From Actinomycetota bacterium (GTDB lineage: Bacteria > Actinomycetota > Acidimicrobiia > IMCC26256 > PALSA-555): a stretch of 64,000 bases of DNA. Positions 29,978 through 39,550 of this stretch are shown in pieces. Positions within the stretch are counted from its first letter, which is position 1, and each line of letters begins with the position of its first letter. The notes beneath the pieces were generated by a model, which ran no database searches, was not told the DNA's origin, and was given only the letters and a program-made list of their open reading frames with translations. The stretch lies in the NCBI GenBank assembly GCA_016870355.1, contig VGBR01000003.1, positions 4,653 through 68,652 on the forward strand, written 5' to 3'. Position numbers and translations under genes: made by a program.

Positions 29978-30988
29978 ATGAGCGTGCTGTTGGTGGCCGA
30001 TCACGACGAGTTCTCGAAACACGATCCCGGACCAGGCCATCCCGAGCGCATCCAGCGATTGGCGGCCGTGGAAGCCGGCGTGCGGAAGGCGCGCGTGGAC
30101 GATGCAATCGTCCTCCTCCCGTCGCGCGTCGCGACGCGCGACGAGCTCCAGCTCGTGCATGACACCGCGCTCATCGATCGGGTCGCTGAGCTCTGTGAGA
30201 ACGGCGGAGGCGCGATCGACATGGACACCGTGGCCTCCGTCGGTTCGTGGGACGCCGCGCTCCATGCCGCAGGAGCCGGGCTCGCGGCGGTCGACGCGCT
30301 CGAGCAGGGCGACGGTCTTGCGGCGTTCCTTGGCCTCCGCCCTCCGGGTCATCACGCCACCGGACGCACGCCGATGGGCTTCTGCTTGGTGAACCACGTG
30401 GCCGTGGCCGCGGCTGCGCTCGCCGAACGGGGCGCGCGGGTGCTCGTGCTCGACTACGACGCACACCACGGGAACGGGACGCAAGACATCTTCTGGTCCG
30501 ATCCGCGGGTGCTCTACATCTCACTGCACCAGTGGCCGCTCTACCCGGGGACCGGTCGGATCGACGACACGGGAGCCGGCGCAGGGGCCGGGACGACCTG
30601 CAACGTCCCGCTGCCCGCGGGCACTACGGGCGACGTGTACCTCCGGGCGTTCGACGAGGTGATCGAGCCGATGGTGGAGCGCTTCGCGCCGGATTGGGTG
30701 CTGGTCTCGGCTGGTTACGACGCACATCGGGACGATCCGCTCACCGGCCTGGCGCTGAGCGCCGGCGACTACGGGATCCTGGCCGCCCGCGCCGTCGCGC
30801 TGGCGCCGAAGGGCCGCACGATCGTCTTCCTCGAAGGTGGCTACGACCTCGACGCCCTCCGCGAGTCGGTGTCCGCGACGCTGCCTGCCCTCTTGGGTGA
30901 GCCGGTCTCGTCGAGCCAGCCGCCGACCAGCGGGGGCCCCGGAAGCGAGGTGATCGAGGCCGCCCGCGAGGTCCACCAGCTGGCCTGA
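29978..30988 (+). CDS. histone-deacetylase-family amidohydrolase (AcuC/HDAC-like)
   Basis: Contains RPPGHHA, DYDAHHGNGTQDIF and GGYD. Start at ATG 29978 (or 29960). Confidence 0.88.
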   Translation: MSVLLVADHDEFSKHDPGPGHPERIQRLAAVEAGVRKARVDDAIVLLPSRVATRDELQLVHDTALIDRVAELCENGGGAIDMDTVASVGSWDAALHAAGAGLAAVDALEQGDGLAAFLGLRPPGHHATGRTPMGFCLVNHVAVAAAALAERGARVLVLDYDAHHGNGTQDIFWSDPRVLYISLHQWPLYPGTGRIDDTGAGAGAGTTCNVPLPAGTTGDVYLRAFDEVIEPMVERFAPDWVLVSAGYDAHRDDPLTGLALSAGDYGILAARAVALAPKGRTIVFLEGGYDLDALRESVSATLPALLGEPVSSSQPPTSGGPGSEVIEAAREVHQLA

Positions 30989-31090
30989 CCAGCGGCTTTC
31001 GGCGCCGCGTCTCCACCGTAGGGGTGGACGCGCGGCGCAAAAACCCGCTCTGGCTCAGGTCTCGAGGCGGGAAGTGTCGGTACGACCTCG

Positions 31091-32239
31091 ATGCTGGATC
31101 TCGATCGACTGCTCCGGTTCGCCGTCGAAGAGCGCGCGTCCGACGTCCACCTGAAGGTCGGCGCCCGCCCGCACGTGCGGGTCGACGGCGCCTTGCGGGA
31201 GTCGGCGCAAGAGGTGCTCGCACCCGACGACACCGAGCAGCTCGCCGGCCGCATCCTCCCGTCGGACCAGGCGGCGGGGTTGCGCTACGGCCGGGAGGCT
31301 GACGGCGTCTACTCCATCCAGGGCGTCGGCCGATTCCGGGTGAGCGCGTTCGGTCAGCAAGGTCAGGTGGCGTTCGTGCTACGCCGCATCGTCCCCGGCG
31401 TGCCCGGCATCGACGCGCTCGGCCTGCCGCCGGTGGCGACGACGCTGGCCGACGCGCCCTCGGGGCTGGTGCTCGTGTCGGGGCTGGCCGGCTCCGGGCG
31501 GACGTCGACGCTCGCGGCGATGGTCGACCATGTGAACTCGTCGCGCAGCGCGCACATCGTGACCATCGAGCAGCCGATCGAGGTGGTGCACACCGACAAG
31601 CGAGCGGTGATCGACCAACGTGAAGTGGGCCGCGACACCGAGACCTTCGCCATCGCGCTGGGCGCGGTGGCGCACCAGGACCCGGATGTGGTGGTCGTCG
31701 GCGCGCTCCCCGACGCCGACACCGCGATGAGCGCGCTCGAGGTCGCGGGCGCGGGTCGACTCGTCCTCGCGGTCTCGCAGGCGGTCGGCGCGCCCGATGC
31801 CGTCACCCGCCTCATCGATCGCTTCCCGCCGGCCCAGCGCGCGCCGGTGCGCTCGTTGCTCGCGCGGACGTTGCAGGGCGTGCTCTGCCAGCGACTGCTG
31901 CCGCGCGCCGGCGGCCGCGGCCGTGTCCCCGCGGTCGAGGTGCTCGTGGCCAACGGTCCGGTGTCAGAAGCCTTGGCTGACTCAGAGAGCCCGGAGAAGA
32001 TCCAAGCGCTCGTGGCCGAAGGTGAGATGTGGGGGATGCAGACGTTCGACCAGAGCCTCGCCGCGCTGTACCGCCGAGGGCTGGTCACGCGCGAGAACGC
32101 CCTTGCGCACGCGACCTACGAGCCTGCGGTCTCGGTCATGCTCGACGAAGCCGACCGCACCCGCGCCGCGATGGCCGCGGCCCGCCCAGAGATGCCGGTC
32201 ACGGAGCCAACCAGCGAGATGGCCACGCCGCTCGCCTAG
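31091..32239 (+). CDS. PilT-like secretion-ATPase homologue with degenerate catalytic motifs
   Basis: Collinear with PilT: ASDVHLKVGARPHVRVDG, VGRFRVSAF, and LAAM...IVTIEQPIEVVH. Walker A is GLAGSGRTS, Walker B region is DPDVVVVGALPD, and the His box is AGRLVLAVSQA. Confidence 0.85.
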   Translation: MLDLDRLLRFAVEERASDVHLKVGARPHVRVDGALRESAQEVLAPDDTEQLAGRILPSDQAAGLRYGREADGVYSIQGVGRFRVSAFGQQGQVAFVLRRIVPGVPGIDALGLPPVATTLADAPSGLVLVSGLAGSGRTSTLAAMVDHVNSSRSAHIVTIEQPIEVVHTDKRAVIDQREVGRDTETFAIALGAVAHQDPDVVVVGALPDADTAMSALEVAGAGRLVLAVSQAVGAPDAVTRLIDRFPPAQRAPVRSLLARTLQGVLCQRLLPRAGGRGRVPAVEVLVANGPVSEALADSESPEKIQALVAEGEMWGMQTFDQSLAALYRRGLVTRENALAHATYEPAVSVMLDEADRTRAAMAAARPEMPVTEPTSEMATPLA

Positions 32240-32251
32240 CGGCGCGTGTGG

Positions 32252-33214
32252 TCAGGCCGGCGCGGGCGCCTCGACCGCCGGGCGCTCCTGGTTGTTGCTG
32301 TCGCCGTTGTCGTCGGTCTTGAGCAGCTCGGCGAGGCCGCCGATCGCGCCGAACAGACCCGACATCTCGGTGGGCAAGAAGATCTTCGTGGCCTGGCCGT
32401 CCGCGATGGCCTCCAGTGCCTCGAGGTACTTCAGCGCGAGCACGTCGTTGGTCGCGCCGCCTTCGTGGATGGCCAAGAACACTTGCCTCACCGCCGAGGC
32501 CTCGCCTTCGGCGACGGTCGCCTGCCGGTACTTCTCGGCGTCTGCAATCCGCTCGATCGCCTCACCCTGGCCCTGCGCCTCGAGGATCGCGGCTTGCTTG
32601 TCGCCTTCGGCCCGCGTGATCGCCGCCTCGCGCACACCTTGCGCCTCGGTGACCACGGCGCGGCGGTCACGCTCGGCCTTCATCTGATGGTGCATCGATG
32701 CCACGACGTCGGGAGGTGGGTCGATGCGCTGGATCTCGACGCGCACGACGCGAGTGCCCCACTTGTCCGTGGCGTCGTCGAGGATCTCGCGAAGCTTGGT
32801 GTTGATCGTCTCCCGCGACGTGAGCGCCGAGTCGAGCTCCATGTCGCCCACGACGTTGCGGAGGTTCGTCTGCGCCAGCTTCGTGACCGCGAGCTGGAAG
32901 TTGGCCACGTTGTAGACGAGGCGCTGTGGGTCGGTGGCCTCGTAGTAGATCACCGCGTCCACCGAGACGACGACGTTGTCGGAGGTGATGACCTCCTGCG
33001 GAGGCACATCGGTGACGTGCTCTCGCATGTCGACCATCAGGATCCGGTCGATGAACGGGAAGATGAAGCGCAGTCCGGGGTCCACCGTGGCCTTGAACCG
33101 GCCCAGTCGCTCGACGACACCCCGCTGGTACGGCCGCACGATGCGGATGGACTTGAACGCGATCAGGAAGAGCAACACCGCGATGACGGCGAGCACGATC
33201 AGTCCGGAGTCCAC
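32252..33214 (-). CDS. SPFH/band-7 (stomatin-like) protein
   Basis: N-terminal TM, then IRIVRPYQRGVVERLGRFKATVDPGLRFIFPFIDRI... and QRIDPP. Confidence 0.92.
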   Translation of the reverse strand: MDSGLIVLAVIAVLLFLIAFKSIRIVRPYQRGVVERLGRFKATVDPGLRFIFPFIDRILMVDMREHVTDVPPQEVITSDNVVVSVDAVIYYEATDPQRLVYNVANFQLAVTKLAQTNLRNVVGDMELDSALTSRETINTKLREILDDATDKWGTRVVRVEIQRIDPPPDVVASMHHQMKAERDRRAVVTEAQGVREAAITRAEGDKQAAILEAQGQGEAIERIADAEKYRQATVAEGEASAVRQVFLAIHEGGATNDVLALKYLEALEAIADGQATKIFLPTEMSGLFGAIGGLAELLKTDDNGDSNNQERPAVEAPAPA

Positions 33215-33223
33215 GGCTTTCTC

Positions 33224-33694
33224 CTAGCTCTCGTTGGATTCCAGCGGCGCGACGACGAGGCGTGTGCCGCGAACCGCGACGACCTTCACGCGCGTGCCGT
33301 TCGCGATCCCGTCGTCGCCGTCGAACTCCGCGCGCCACTCGTCTCGTTCGACTCGGACCCGACCGGTGGCATGCGGTGATGCCGGGATCTCCTCGGTCAC
33401 GATCGCGACGCGGCCGACCCAGCGGGTGGCGCCTTCCTGCGCTTCCGGGCCCTCCGACTTGGCGAGGCGGCGCCCGAGCGGGACGAGGAGCAAGATCGCG
33501 AGTGTCGAGAACCCGACGAACAGCGCCCACTGCAACCCCGTGCTCCCGTCGAGGAACGCAGCGATCGTGGCGATGCCGGCTCCGACTGCGAACGAGAGCA
33601 CGAAGAAGGTGCCAGGGATCGCGAGCTCACCCACCGCGAAGGCGACGGTCAAGCCCAGCCAGATCCAGCGCCAATCGTCGCCGTCCACCTGCAC
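33224..33694 (-). CDS. NfeD-family membrane protein
   Basis: Three TM segments plus a C-terminal OB-like GRVRVERDEWRAEFDGD...VKVVAVRGTRLVV. Directly upstream of the SPFH gene (classic pair). Confidence 0.85.
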   Translation of the reverse strand: MQVDGDDWRWIWLGLTVAFAVGELAIPGTFFVLSFAVGAGIATIAAFLDGSTGLQWALFVGFSTLAILLLVPLGRRLAKSEGPEAQEGATRWVGRVAIVTEEIPASPHATGRVRVERDEWRAEFDGDDGIANGTRVKVVAVRGTRLVVAPLESNES

Positions 33695-33795
33695 CTCTCG
33701 TCTCGACTCGCTGTCGAACGTAACACCGGGGCCAGGCGGCCACTTCCGAGATCTGAGCGAAGCGTGGCCGGTGCCGCCCGCGAGAATGGGCTGGG

Positions 33796-35193
33796 ATGGA
33801 TGTACCCGAGCGGCTGGCCCGCTTCTACGAGCCCGGGTCGCCGACGCGCGACCTCGCCGACCGTCTCGTCGCGGCCGGGCACCAGTGCTACCTCGTGGGC
33901 GGACCCGTGCGGGACGCGTTCCTCGACTGGGCCGACCCTGCCGCCGACGTGGACCTCACGACCGACGCGCGGCCCGACACCATCGAGGGGGTCGTCAGCA
34001 AGTGGGCCGACGACGTGTGGCTCCAGGGCAAGCGCTTCGGGACGGTCGGTGCCCGCAAGGACGGCGTGGTGTTCGAGATCACGACCTTCCGTGGCGACGT
34101 GTACCACGAGGACAGCCGGAAGCCCGACGTCGAGTTCGCCGACGACCTCGAGACCGACCTCTCGCGCCGGGACTTCACGATCAACGCGATGGCGCTCGAG
34201 CTCCCTGAGCCGCGACTCGTCGACCCGTTCGGCGGCGCGGTCGACCTCGCGTCGCGCGTCCTGCGAACGCCTCTCGACCCGGAGGTGTCGTTCACCGACG
34301 ATCCGCTGCGGATGCTCCGGGCGGCGCGATTCATCGCTGCGCTCGAGCTCGAACCGGTTCCCGAGCTGGTGCACTCCATCGAGGAGCACCGTCACCGCAT
34401 GGAGATCGTGAGCGCGGAGCGCATCGCCGCGGAGCTGTCACGGCTCCTCGTGGTACCGGACCCCGCCCCCGGCCTCTGGCTGCTGTGCTCGACCGGCCTC
34501 TCCGACGAGTTCCTGCCCGAGCTCAACGCGATGCGGCTCGAACAGGACCCGATCCACTCCCACAAGGACGTGCTCGCGCACACGATCGCGGTGGTGTGCA
34601 ACACGCGACCCGAGCTGAAGGTGCGCCTCGCGGCGCTCTTTCACGACATCGGGAAGCCGAAGACGCGGTCGTTTGCCGGGGGTGGCGTGAGCTTCCACCA
34701 CCACGAGGTGGTCGGTGCGCGCATGACGGAAGAGCGCATGCGCGCGTTGCGCTTCGCGAACGATCTCGTGCACGACGTCACCAAGCTCGTCTACCTGCAC
34801 CTGCGCATCCATACGTACGCGATGGGTTGGTCCGACAAGGCCGTCCGCCGCTACGTGCGCGACGCCGGGGATCTGCTCGATGAGCTGAACCACCTCCAGC
34901 GCAGCGACTGCACGACGCGCAACAAGAAGAAGGCCGCGATGCTCGGCAAGCGGATCGACGAGCTCGAGGCCCGCATCGATGAGCTGCGGGCGCAGGAAGA
35001 GCTCGACTCGATCCGACCGCCCCTCGACGGGCGTCAGGTCATGGAGTTCCTCGGCGTGGAGCCCGGTCGTGTCGTCGGCGAGGCGCTCGACTTCTTGCTC
35101 GAGCTACGGCTCGACGAAGGCCCGATCGAAGAGGCCGAGGCGTACGAGCGTCTCGCGGCCTGGGCGCGCGAGCGCGGCACCTCCCCCGCCTAG
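33796..35193 (+). CDS. cca: CCA tRNA nucleotidyltransferase / poly(A) polymerase family with an HD domain
   Basis: Contains CYLVGGPVRDAFL, RDFTINAMA and HD-region FHDIGKP. Position equivalent to pcnA (Rv3907c). Confidence 0.9.
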   Translation: MDVPERLARFYEPGSPTRDLADRLVAAGHQCYLVGGPVRDAFLDWADPAADVDLTTDARPDTIEGVVSKWADDVWLQGKRFGTVGARKDGVVFEITTFRGDVYHEDSRKPDVEFADDLETDLSRRDFTINAMALELPEPRLVDPFGGAVDLASRVLRTPLDPEVSFTDDPLRMLRAARFIAALELEPVPELVHSIEEHRHRMEIVSAERIAAELSRLLVVPDPAPGLWLLCSTGLSDEFLPELNAMRLEQDPIHSHKDVLAHTIAVVCNTRPELKVRLAALFHDIGKPKTRSFAGGGVSFHHHEVVGARMTEERMRALRFANDLVHDVTKLVYLHLRIHTYAMGWSDKAVRRYVRDAGDLLDELNHLQRSDCTTRNKKKAAMLGKRIDELEARIDELRAQEELDSIRPPLDGRQVMEFLGVEPGRVVGEALDFLLELRLDEGPIEEAEAYERLAAWARERGTSPA

Positions 35194-35948
35194 TCGTTCG
35201 AGGCTTCGACCTCCGCCTCGAGGGCGTCCGTCACCGGATCCGCGCTGCCCTCGCGCATCGCCTTCTCCACTTGGTACAGGACCACCAGGAAGAACGTCAC
35301 GAGCAAGCCGAACGCGAGATCGATGCGCAGGCCGCTGCGCACGAGGTCGTCGGCGGTGTCGCTGATCGCGTAGAAGATCGACGCGAACAGCACGTTGTGG
35401 AACACCTTGCCGAGGAAGAGCGGCAGTGCGATCCGCCGGACCCCGTACTTGATCATCGCCAGCGGGATCACGACGGTGTCGTCGGGCAGCACCGAGCCGG
35501 CCCAGAGGAACACGATCCACTTCACGCGTTTGGGATTCTCCGCCGCTTGGCGGGTCACCCACTGGTAGAGGCCGCTGTGATGAAGGTTCGGCTTCTTGCT
35601 GAGGACGCGGTGCGCGACGTGGTACTTGACGGTCTCGCCGAAGCCAGCGCCGATCCCCGCGGCGACCCCGAGGATGAGCATGTCGAGGTAGCTCGACCCG
35701 CCGATCGCCGCCGACAGCAAGGGCAACGTGTACGGGATCTGGATGAAGACCGCGCAGTTCGACACCAGCGCGAGCACGAACATCCCCAGGGCGCCCAGCC
35801 CTTCGGTCGCGTCGAGCACGTCCACGACGACGTGATCGAGGTTGCCCAGGACCTCCGTTCGATCGAGCGTGATCAAGATGGCGAGCAGCACGACGCCGAT
35901 CAGCACGTACTTGATCTCGACGCGGTGTCGCCGCGCCCACTCACGCAT
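35190..35948 (-). CDS. polytopic membrane protein, VTT/DedA-superfamily-like (TVP38/TMEM64-like; tentative)
   Basis: 252 aa with 5-6 TM segments. Lies 9 nt downstream of the PLD-family gene. Confidence 0.55.
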   Translation of the reverse strand: MREWARRHRVEIKYVLIGVVLLAILITLDRTEVLGNLDHVVVDVLDATEGLGALGMFVLALVSNCAVFIQIPYTLPLLSAAIGGSSYLDMLILGVAAGIGAGFGETVKYHVAHRVLSKKPNLHHSGLYQWVTRQAAENPKRVKWIVFLWAGSVLPDDTVVIPLAMIKYGVRRIALPLFLGKVFHNVLFASIFYAISDTADDLVRSGLRIDLAFGLLVTFFLVVLYQVEKAMREGSADPVTDALEAEVEASND

Positions 35949-35957
35949 GCCGCCGCC

Positions 35958-37088
35958 TCAGCAATACGTGGCGCGCCATGAAGGCCTTCGCACGAGACGA
36001 CCGGCCCACACCCGCACGAACCAGTGGATGAACCGATACGTGAACCAGCCGAACGCGGTGCGCGGGATCGGCACCGGCTCGCTCGACCGCGCGTCATCGT
36101 CGAAGAGGGCGGTCAGCTCCGCGACGAGCGTTGGGTCGCGCGTGATGACGTTCAGCTCCTTCTGTGCGAGCGCTTCGATCTCCTGGTAGTTCAGCGACCC
36201 GAACACCGCGATCTCGTCGTCGACCACCAGCAGCTTGGCGTGCGTCATGCCGTCTGAGCCCGTGTACCCCAAGAGCTCGATGTTCTCATGGCGAAGCCGC
36301 CGCCGAAGCTTGCGGATCCACACCCGGTTGTGCAGGTGATTCGGGTGCATGGGGGTGACGAGCCTCACCTGCACGCCCCGGCCTGCCGCCGCGAGGAGCG
36401 CCCCTTCGACCCGGTCCCCGCACAGGTACGGCGACTCCATCACGATCAGCGACCGCGCGCGTGCGATGAGATCGAGCGCCGCGTCGAGCACCGTCGGTCG
36501 CCCCGGAGCGTGGTTCAGCACGTAGTCGCGGCTCTCGTGACGTTGCGTGAGCGCGGTGGTGGCCCCGGCCCAGGTGCTGGAGAAGTCGACGACCAGATCG
36601 CCCACGACCGCGGGCCCGTCCACGCGGACCATGAAGTCGTGCCAGCCGTAGTTGTGCTCGGACACGTTGAGCCCGCCGACGTAGCCCACCCGGTCGTCCA
36701 CGATCACCACCTTCTTGTGGTCCCGGAACAAGAGGTATCGGTGAAACCGGCCCGCGGGGTTGACCCGCCGGATCGGCACCCCGCCCGCTTCGAGCTGTGC
36801 CAGCAGCTCGCTTCGCTTGCGCCGCTCGGTGGTGAGCGTCTTCCGGTTGCGGATCGAGAAGGGGTACACGTCATCAGCGATCACATCGCTGTACCCGTCG
36901 AGGATCACCTCGACCTCGACGCCGGCGGCCTTCCGCTCGAGCAACAAGCCGGCGAAGACCCGCCCCGCTTCATCGCCTTCGAACGTCGAGAACTGCACTC
37001 GGAGCGTGTGGCGACACTTGGCGATGTCGGCGCGAAGCGCGTCGATGAACGCGTCCGCGCCGACGAACACATGCTGACGGGTGGTCAC
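35958..37088 (-). CDS. phospholipase D superfamily protein with two HKD motifs (cardiolipin-synthase/phosphatidyltransferase-like)
   Basis: HKD 1: RDHKKVVIVDDRVGYVGGLNV. HKD 2: THAKLLVVDDEIAVFGSLNY. Hydrophobic/amphipathic C-tail FGWFTYRFIHWFVRVWAG. Confidence 0.85.
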   Translation of the reverse strand: MTTRQHVFVGADAFIDALRADIAKCRHTLRVQFSTFEGDEAGRVFAGLLLERKAAGVEVEVILDGYSDVIADDVYPFSIRNRKTLTTERRKRSELLAQLEAGGVPIRRVNPAGRFHRYLLFRDHKKVVIVDDRVGYVGGLNVSEHNYGWHDFMVRVDGPAVVGDLVVDFSSTWAGATTALTQRHESRDYVLNHAPGRPTVLDAALDLIARARSLIVMESPYLCGDRVEGALLAAAGRGVQVRLVTPMHPNHLHNRVWIRKLRRRLRHENIELLGYTGSDGMTHAKLLVVDDEIAVFGSLNYQEIEALAQKELNVITRDPTLVAELTALFDDDARSSEPVPIPRTAFGWFTYRFIHWFVRVWAGRLVRRPSWRATYC

Positions 37089-37107
37089 CCCGTCATGATC
37101 ACGCGGA

Positions 37108-38193
37108 TCAGTCGCCGCGGGCGAACGCCTCCACCATCTCGCGGGCTTCCTCGTCGCGGTACTGCACCGGCGGCGACTTCATGAAGTACGCCGACGCGCC
37201 CAACAGCGGACCACCGATGCCGCGGTCGAGCGCGAGCTTGGCGCAGCGCACGGCGTCGATGATGACGCCGGCTGAGTTCGGTGAGTCCCACACCTCTAGC
37301 TTGAGCTCGAGGTTGAGCGGCACGTCACCGAAGTTGCGGCCTTCGAGGCGGATGTAGCACCACTTCCGGTCGTCGAGCCACGGCACGTGGTCGGACGGGC
37401 CGATGTGCACGTTCTCCGGTTCGATGCCGTGGTCCATCTGGCTCGTGACCGACTGCGTCTTGCTGATCTTCTTGGACTTGAGTCGCTTGCGCTCCAACAT
37501 GTTCTTGAAGTCCATGTTGCCGCCGAAGTTCAGCTGGTACGTGCGGTCGAGCTCGACACCACGGTCCTCGAAGAGGCGGGTGAGGATCCGGTGCACGATC
37601 GTGGCCCCGACCTGGCTCTTGATGTCGTCACCGACGATCGGGATGCCGGCGTCCTCGAACTTCTTCGCCCACTCGGGGTTGCTCGCGATGAACACCGGGA
37701 TGGCGTTCACGAACGCCACACCCGCCTCGAGGCAGGCCTGCGCATAGTGACGCTGGGCCTCCTCGGAGCCGACCGGCAAGTAGCTGACCAGCACGTCGGC
37801 CTTCGAGTCGCGCAGCACCTGCGCCACATCGACCGGCGTGGCGGGTGACTCTTCCACCGTCTCGCGGTAGAACTCGCCGAGGCCGTCGAGCGTTGGCGCG
37901 CGCTGCACCTGCACCCCGACGCCGCCGACGTCGGCGAACTTCACCGTGTTGTTCGGGCCCGCGAAGATCGCCTTGCCGAGGTCGAGGCCGACCTTGGCGA
38001 GATCGACGTCGAACGCGGCGACGAACTCCACGTCGCGCACGTGGTAGCCGCCGAGGTCGACGTGCATGAGGCCGGGGACCTCGTCTTTCGGGTCGGCATC
38101 GCGGTAGTACTCGACGCCCTGCACGAGGCTGCTCGCGCAGTTCCCGACGCCGGCGATCGCGACTCGGACCTTCTTGTCATTTGCGGCGCTCAT
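37108..38193 (-). CDS. ino1: myo-inositol-1-phosphate synthase
   Basis: Contains [22 protein letters not shown]. Start reset to ATG 38193 (AAGGAG SD), with an ATGA overlap onto the PadR stop. Confidence 0.93.
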   Translation of the reverse strand: MSAANDKKVRVAIAGVGNCASSLVQGVEYYRDADPKDEVPGLMHVDLGGYHVRDVEFVAAFDVDLAKVGLDLGKAIFAGPNNTVKFADVGGVGVQVQRAPTLDGLGEFYRETVEESPATPVDVAQVLRDSKADVLVSYLPVGSEEAQRHYAQACLEAGVAFVNAIPVFIASNPEWAKKFEDAGIPIVGDDIKSQVGATIVHRILTRLFEDRGVELDRTYQLNFGGNMDFKNMLERKRLKSKKISKTQSVTSQMDHGIEPENVHIGPSDHVPWLDDRKWCYIRLEGRNFGDVPLNLELKLEVWDSPNSAGVIIDAVRCAKLALDRGIGGPLLGASAYFMKSPPVQYRDEEAREMVEAFARGD

Positions 38194-38837
38194 GCGGTCG
38201 CTCCTTCTTGATGACCCAAGACGGTGGTGTCGACGGTCCGCTCCTCGGCGATCAGCTGCTCGACCCATTCGAGGTCGCTGGCCGTCGCTCGGGCTCGATG
38301 CTCCAACAGAGAGGTGAGATAGCGGTCTTGACTGCGGGGGGTGCGTTCGCGGCCGCGCCGCGTGCGCACGTGCTCGGTGCGGGTGCGCAGCGTGTCGCGG
38401 CGGCGCTCCAGGAAGCGCAGGCGGGCGTCGGCGGGAGCGTGCCGGCAGAACGCGAGCTTGATGGCGAACCCCTTGTCGTCATCGGTCCGCTCGTCGTCCT
38501 CGAGGAGGAGCTCGACGAGGCGAGCATCACCTCGCTCGGTGATCCGGTACGCCTTGCGCGTGCGCCGTGAGCTCTCGGCCCTCCGGGCGCCGGTGCGGTG
38601 TCGAGCCGCCGAGAGGTCACCGGTCAACGAGCCCGTCGGGACCGGTGCGCTGACCAGCGCGGGCCCCGGCTCGACGCTCTCGATCGCCCCTTCACGCTCG
38701 AGGCGTCGAAGGGCGGGATAGAGGGAGCCGTACGAGACGCCCCAGAGGAATCCGAGGGTCTCCCCGAGCCGCTTCTTCAGCTCGTAGCCGTGGAGGGGCT
38801 GCTCCTTGAGCAGGCCGAGGACGGCGAGTTCCAGCAC
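38190..38837 (-). CDS. PadR-family transcriptional regulator
   Basis: Reads [53 protein letters not shown]. Upstream of ino1, as Rv0047c is of Rv0046c. Confidence 0.9.
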   Translation of the reverse strand: MLELAVLGLLKEQPLHGYELKKRLGETLGFLWGVSYGSLYPALRRLEREGAIESVEPGPALVSAPVPTGSLTGDLSAARHRTGARRAESSRRTRKAYRITERGDARLVELLLEDDERTDDDKGFAIKLAFCRHAPADARLRFLERRRDTLRTRTEHVRTRRGRERTPRSQDRYLTSLLEHRARATASDLEWVEQLIAEERTVDTTVLGHQEGATA

Positions 38838-38857
38838 GAGGACTCCTGAGTGCGATC

Positions 38858-38887
38858 CGATATATCGACGCGATATATCGAGATATC
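38858..38887. promoter_or_regulatory. tandem AT-rich palindromes, candidate PadR operator/promoter
   Basis: CGATATATCG (38858-38867), acg, CGATATATCG (38871-38880), a, GATATC (38882-38887). Lies 21-50 nt upstream of the PadR start, in the divergent spacer. Confidence 0.5.
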
Positions 38888-38979
38888 AGTATGAACCATC
38901 CGGTCCACCCGGTCAAGCCCATCGGGGCCTTGTCCTCATCTGCGTCGAGGTGGCGCGCGATTCGGTCGTAGGGCGTGCA

Positions 38980-38985
38980 TACACT
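38980..38985 (+). promoter_or_regulatory. candidate -10 TACACT for a near-leaderless 38995 gene
   Basis: catACACT... the hexamer TACACT ends 9 nt before ATG 38995, and there is no SD. Confidence 0.3.
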
Positions 38986-38994
38986 CGCCACCCA

Positions 38995-39357
38995 ATGCGG
39001 AACGTCGACTACGTGCTGGTGCGTAGGGCCGCGCTGCGTGATCTGCGCAGCGGCCGGCGGGAGAAGCACGACGTCTGTGATGCGCACCCTGAGCTGTTGC
39101 GGGCGGGGCGGAACGTGGGCGAGCGGGCCGTCACCGACTGCCCGGTGTGCGGCTCGTCCGATCTTCGTCTGGTGTCCTACGTCTACGGCGACGCACTCCG
39201 TCATGCCAACGGGCGTTGCATCACCTCGGATGGTGAGCTCGCGAAGCTCGACGCACGGCACGAAGAGTTCTCTCGCTACGTCGTCGAGGTGTGCCTCGAC
39301 TGTCGCTGGAACCACCTCCAGCGCCACGAGCTCCACGGGCGGCGCTGGGCCGTCTGA
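38995..39357 (+). CDS. conserved hypothetical zinc-ribbon-like protein (Rv0049/DUF5318-like; tentative)
   Basis: Reads MRNVDYVLVRRAALRDLRSGR...CPVCGS...CLDCRWNH. Divergent from PadR. Confidence 0.6.
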   Translation: MRNVDYVLVRRAALRDLRSGRREKHDVCDAHPELLRAGRNVGERAVTDCPVCGSSDLRLVSYVYGDALRHANGRCITSDGELAKLDARHEEFSRYVVEVCLDCRWNHLQRHELHGRRWAV

Positions 39358-39550
39358 GACGCGCCGGGTGCAGCCGCCGAGACGCGCGGTGCCGGAGCGA
39401 GCCTTGCGAGCCGAGGCACTCGCCAAGGAAAGGAAGGGCTCGGAGAGCGGCGCTGGATACCCCCGGCGCCGAGTGACTGACCGAGAGAAGTTGGGTAATC
39501 TCTTGGTGTCGCCGGGAGCCGTCCGTGCCCTGGACGACGGAGGTCACGAG

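Noticed and set aside
31002-31038. Strong interrupted hairpin after the HDAC-like gene, considered as an intrinsic terminator
   Set aside because: The stem (8 bp + 6 bp) is real. On the plus strand it is followed by an A-tract (gcAAAAAccc), not a U-tract, and there is no minus-strand gene to terminate. I cannot assign a function.
39358-39550. Possible 'pan' RNA motif or other riboswitch upstream of panB
   Set aside because: I could not identify a convincing conserved structure by eye, and I do not recall the pan motif occurring in Actinomycetota. A covariance-model search is needed.
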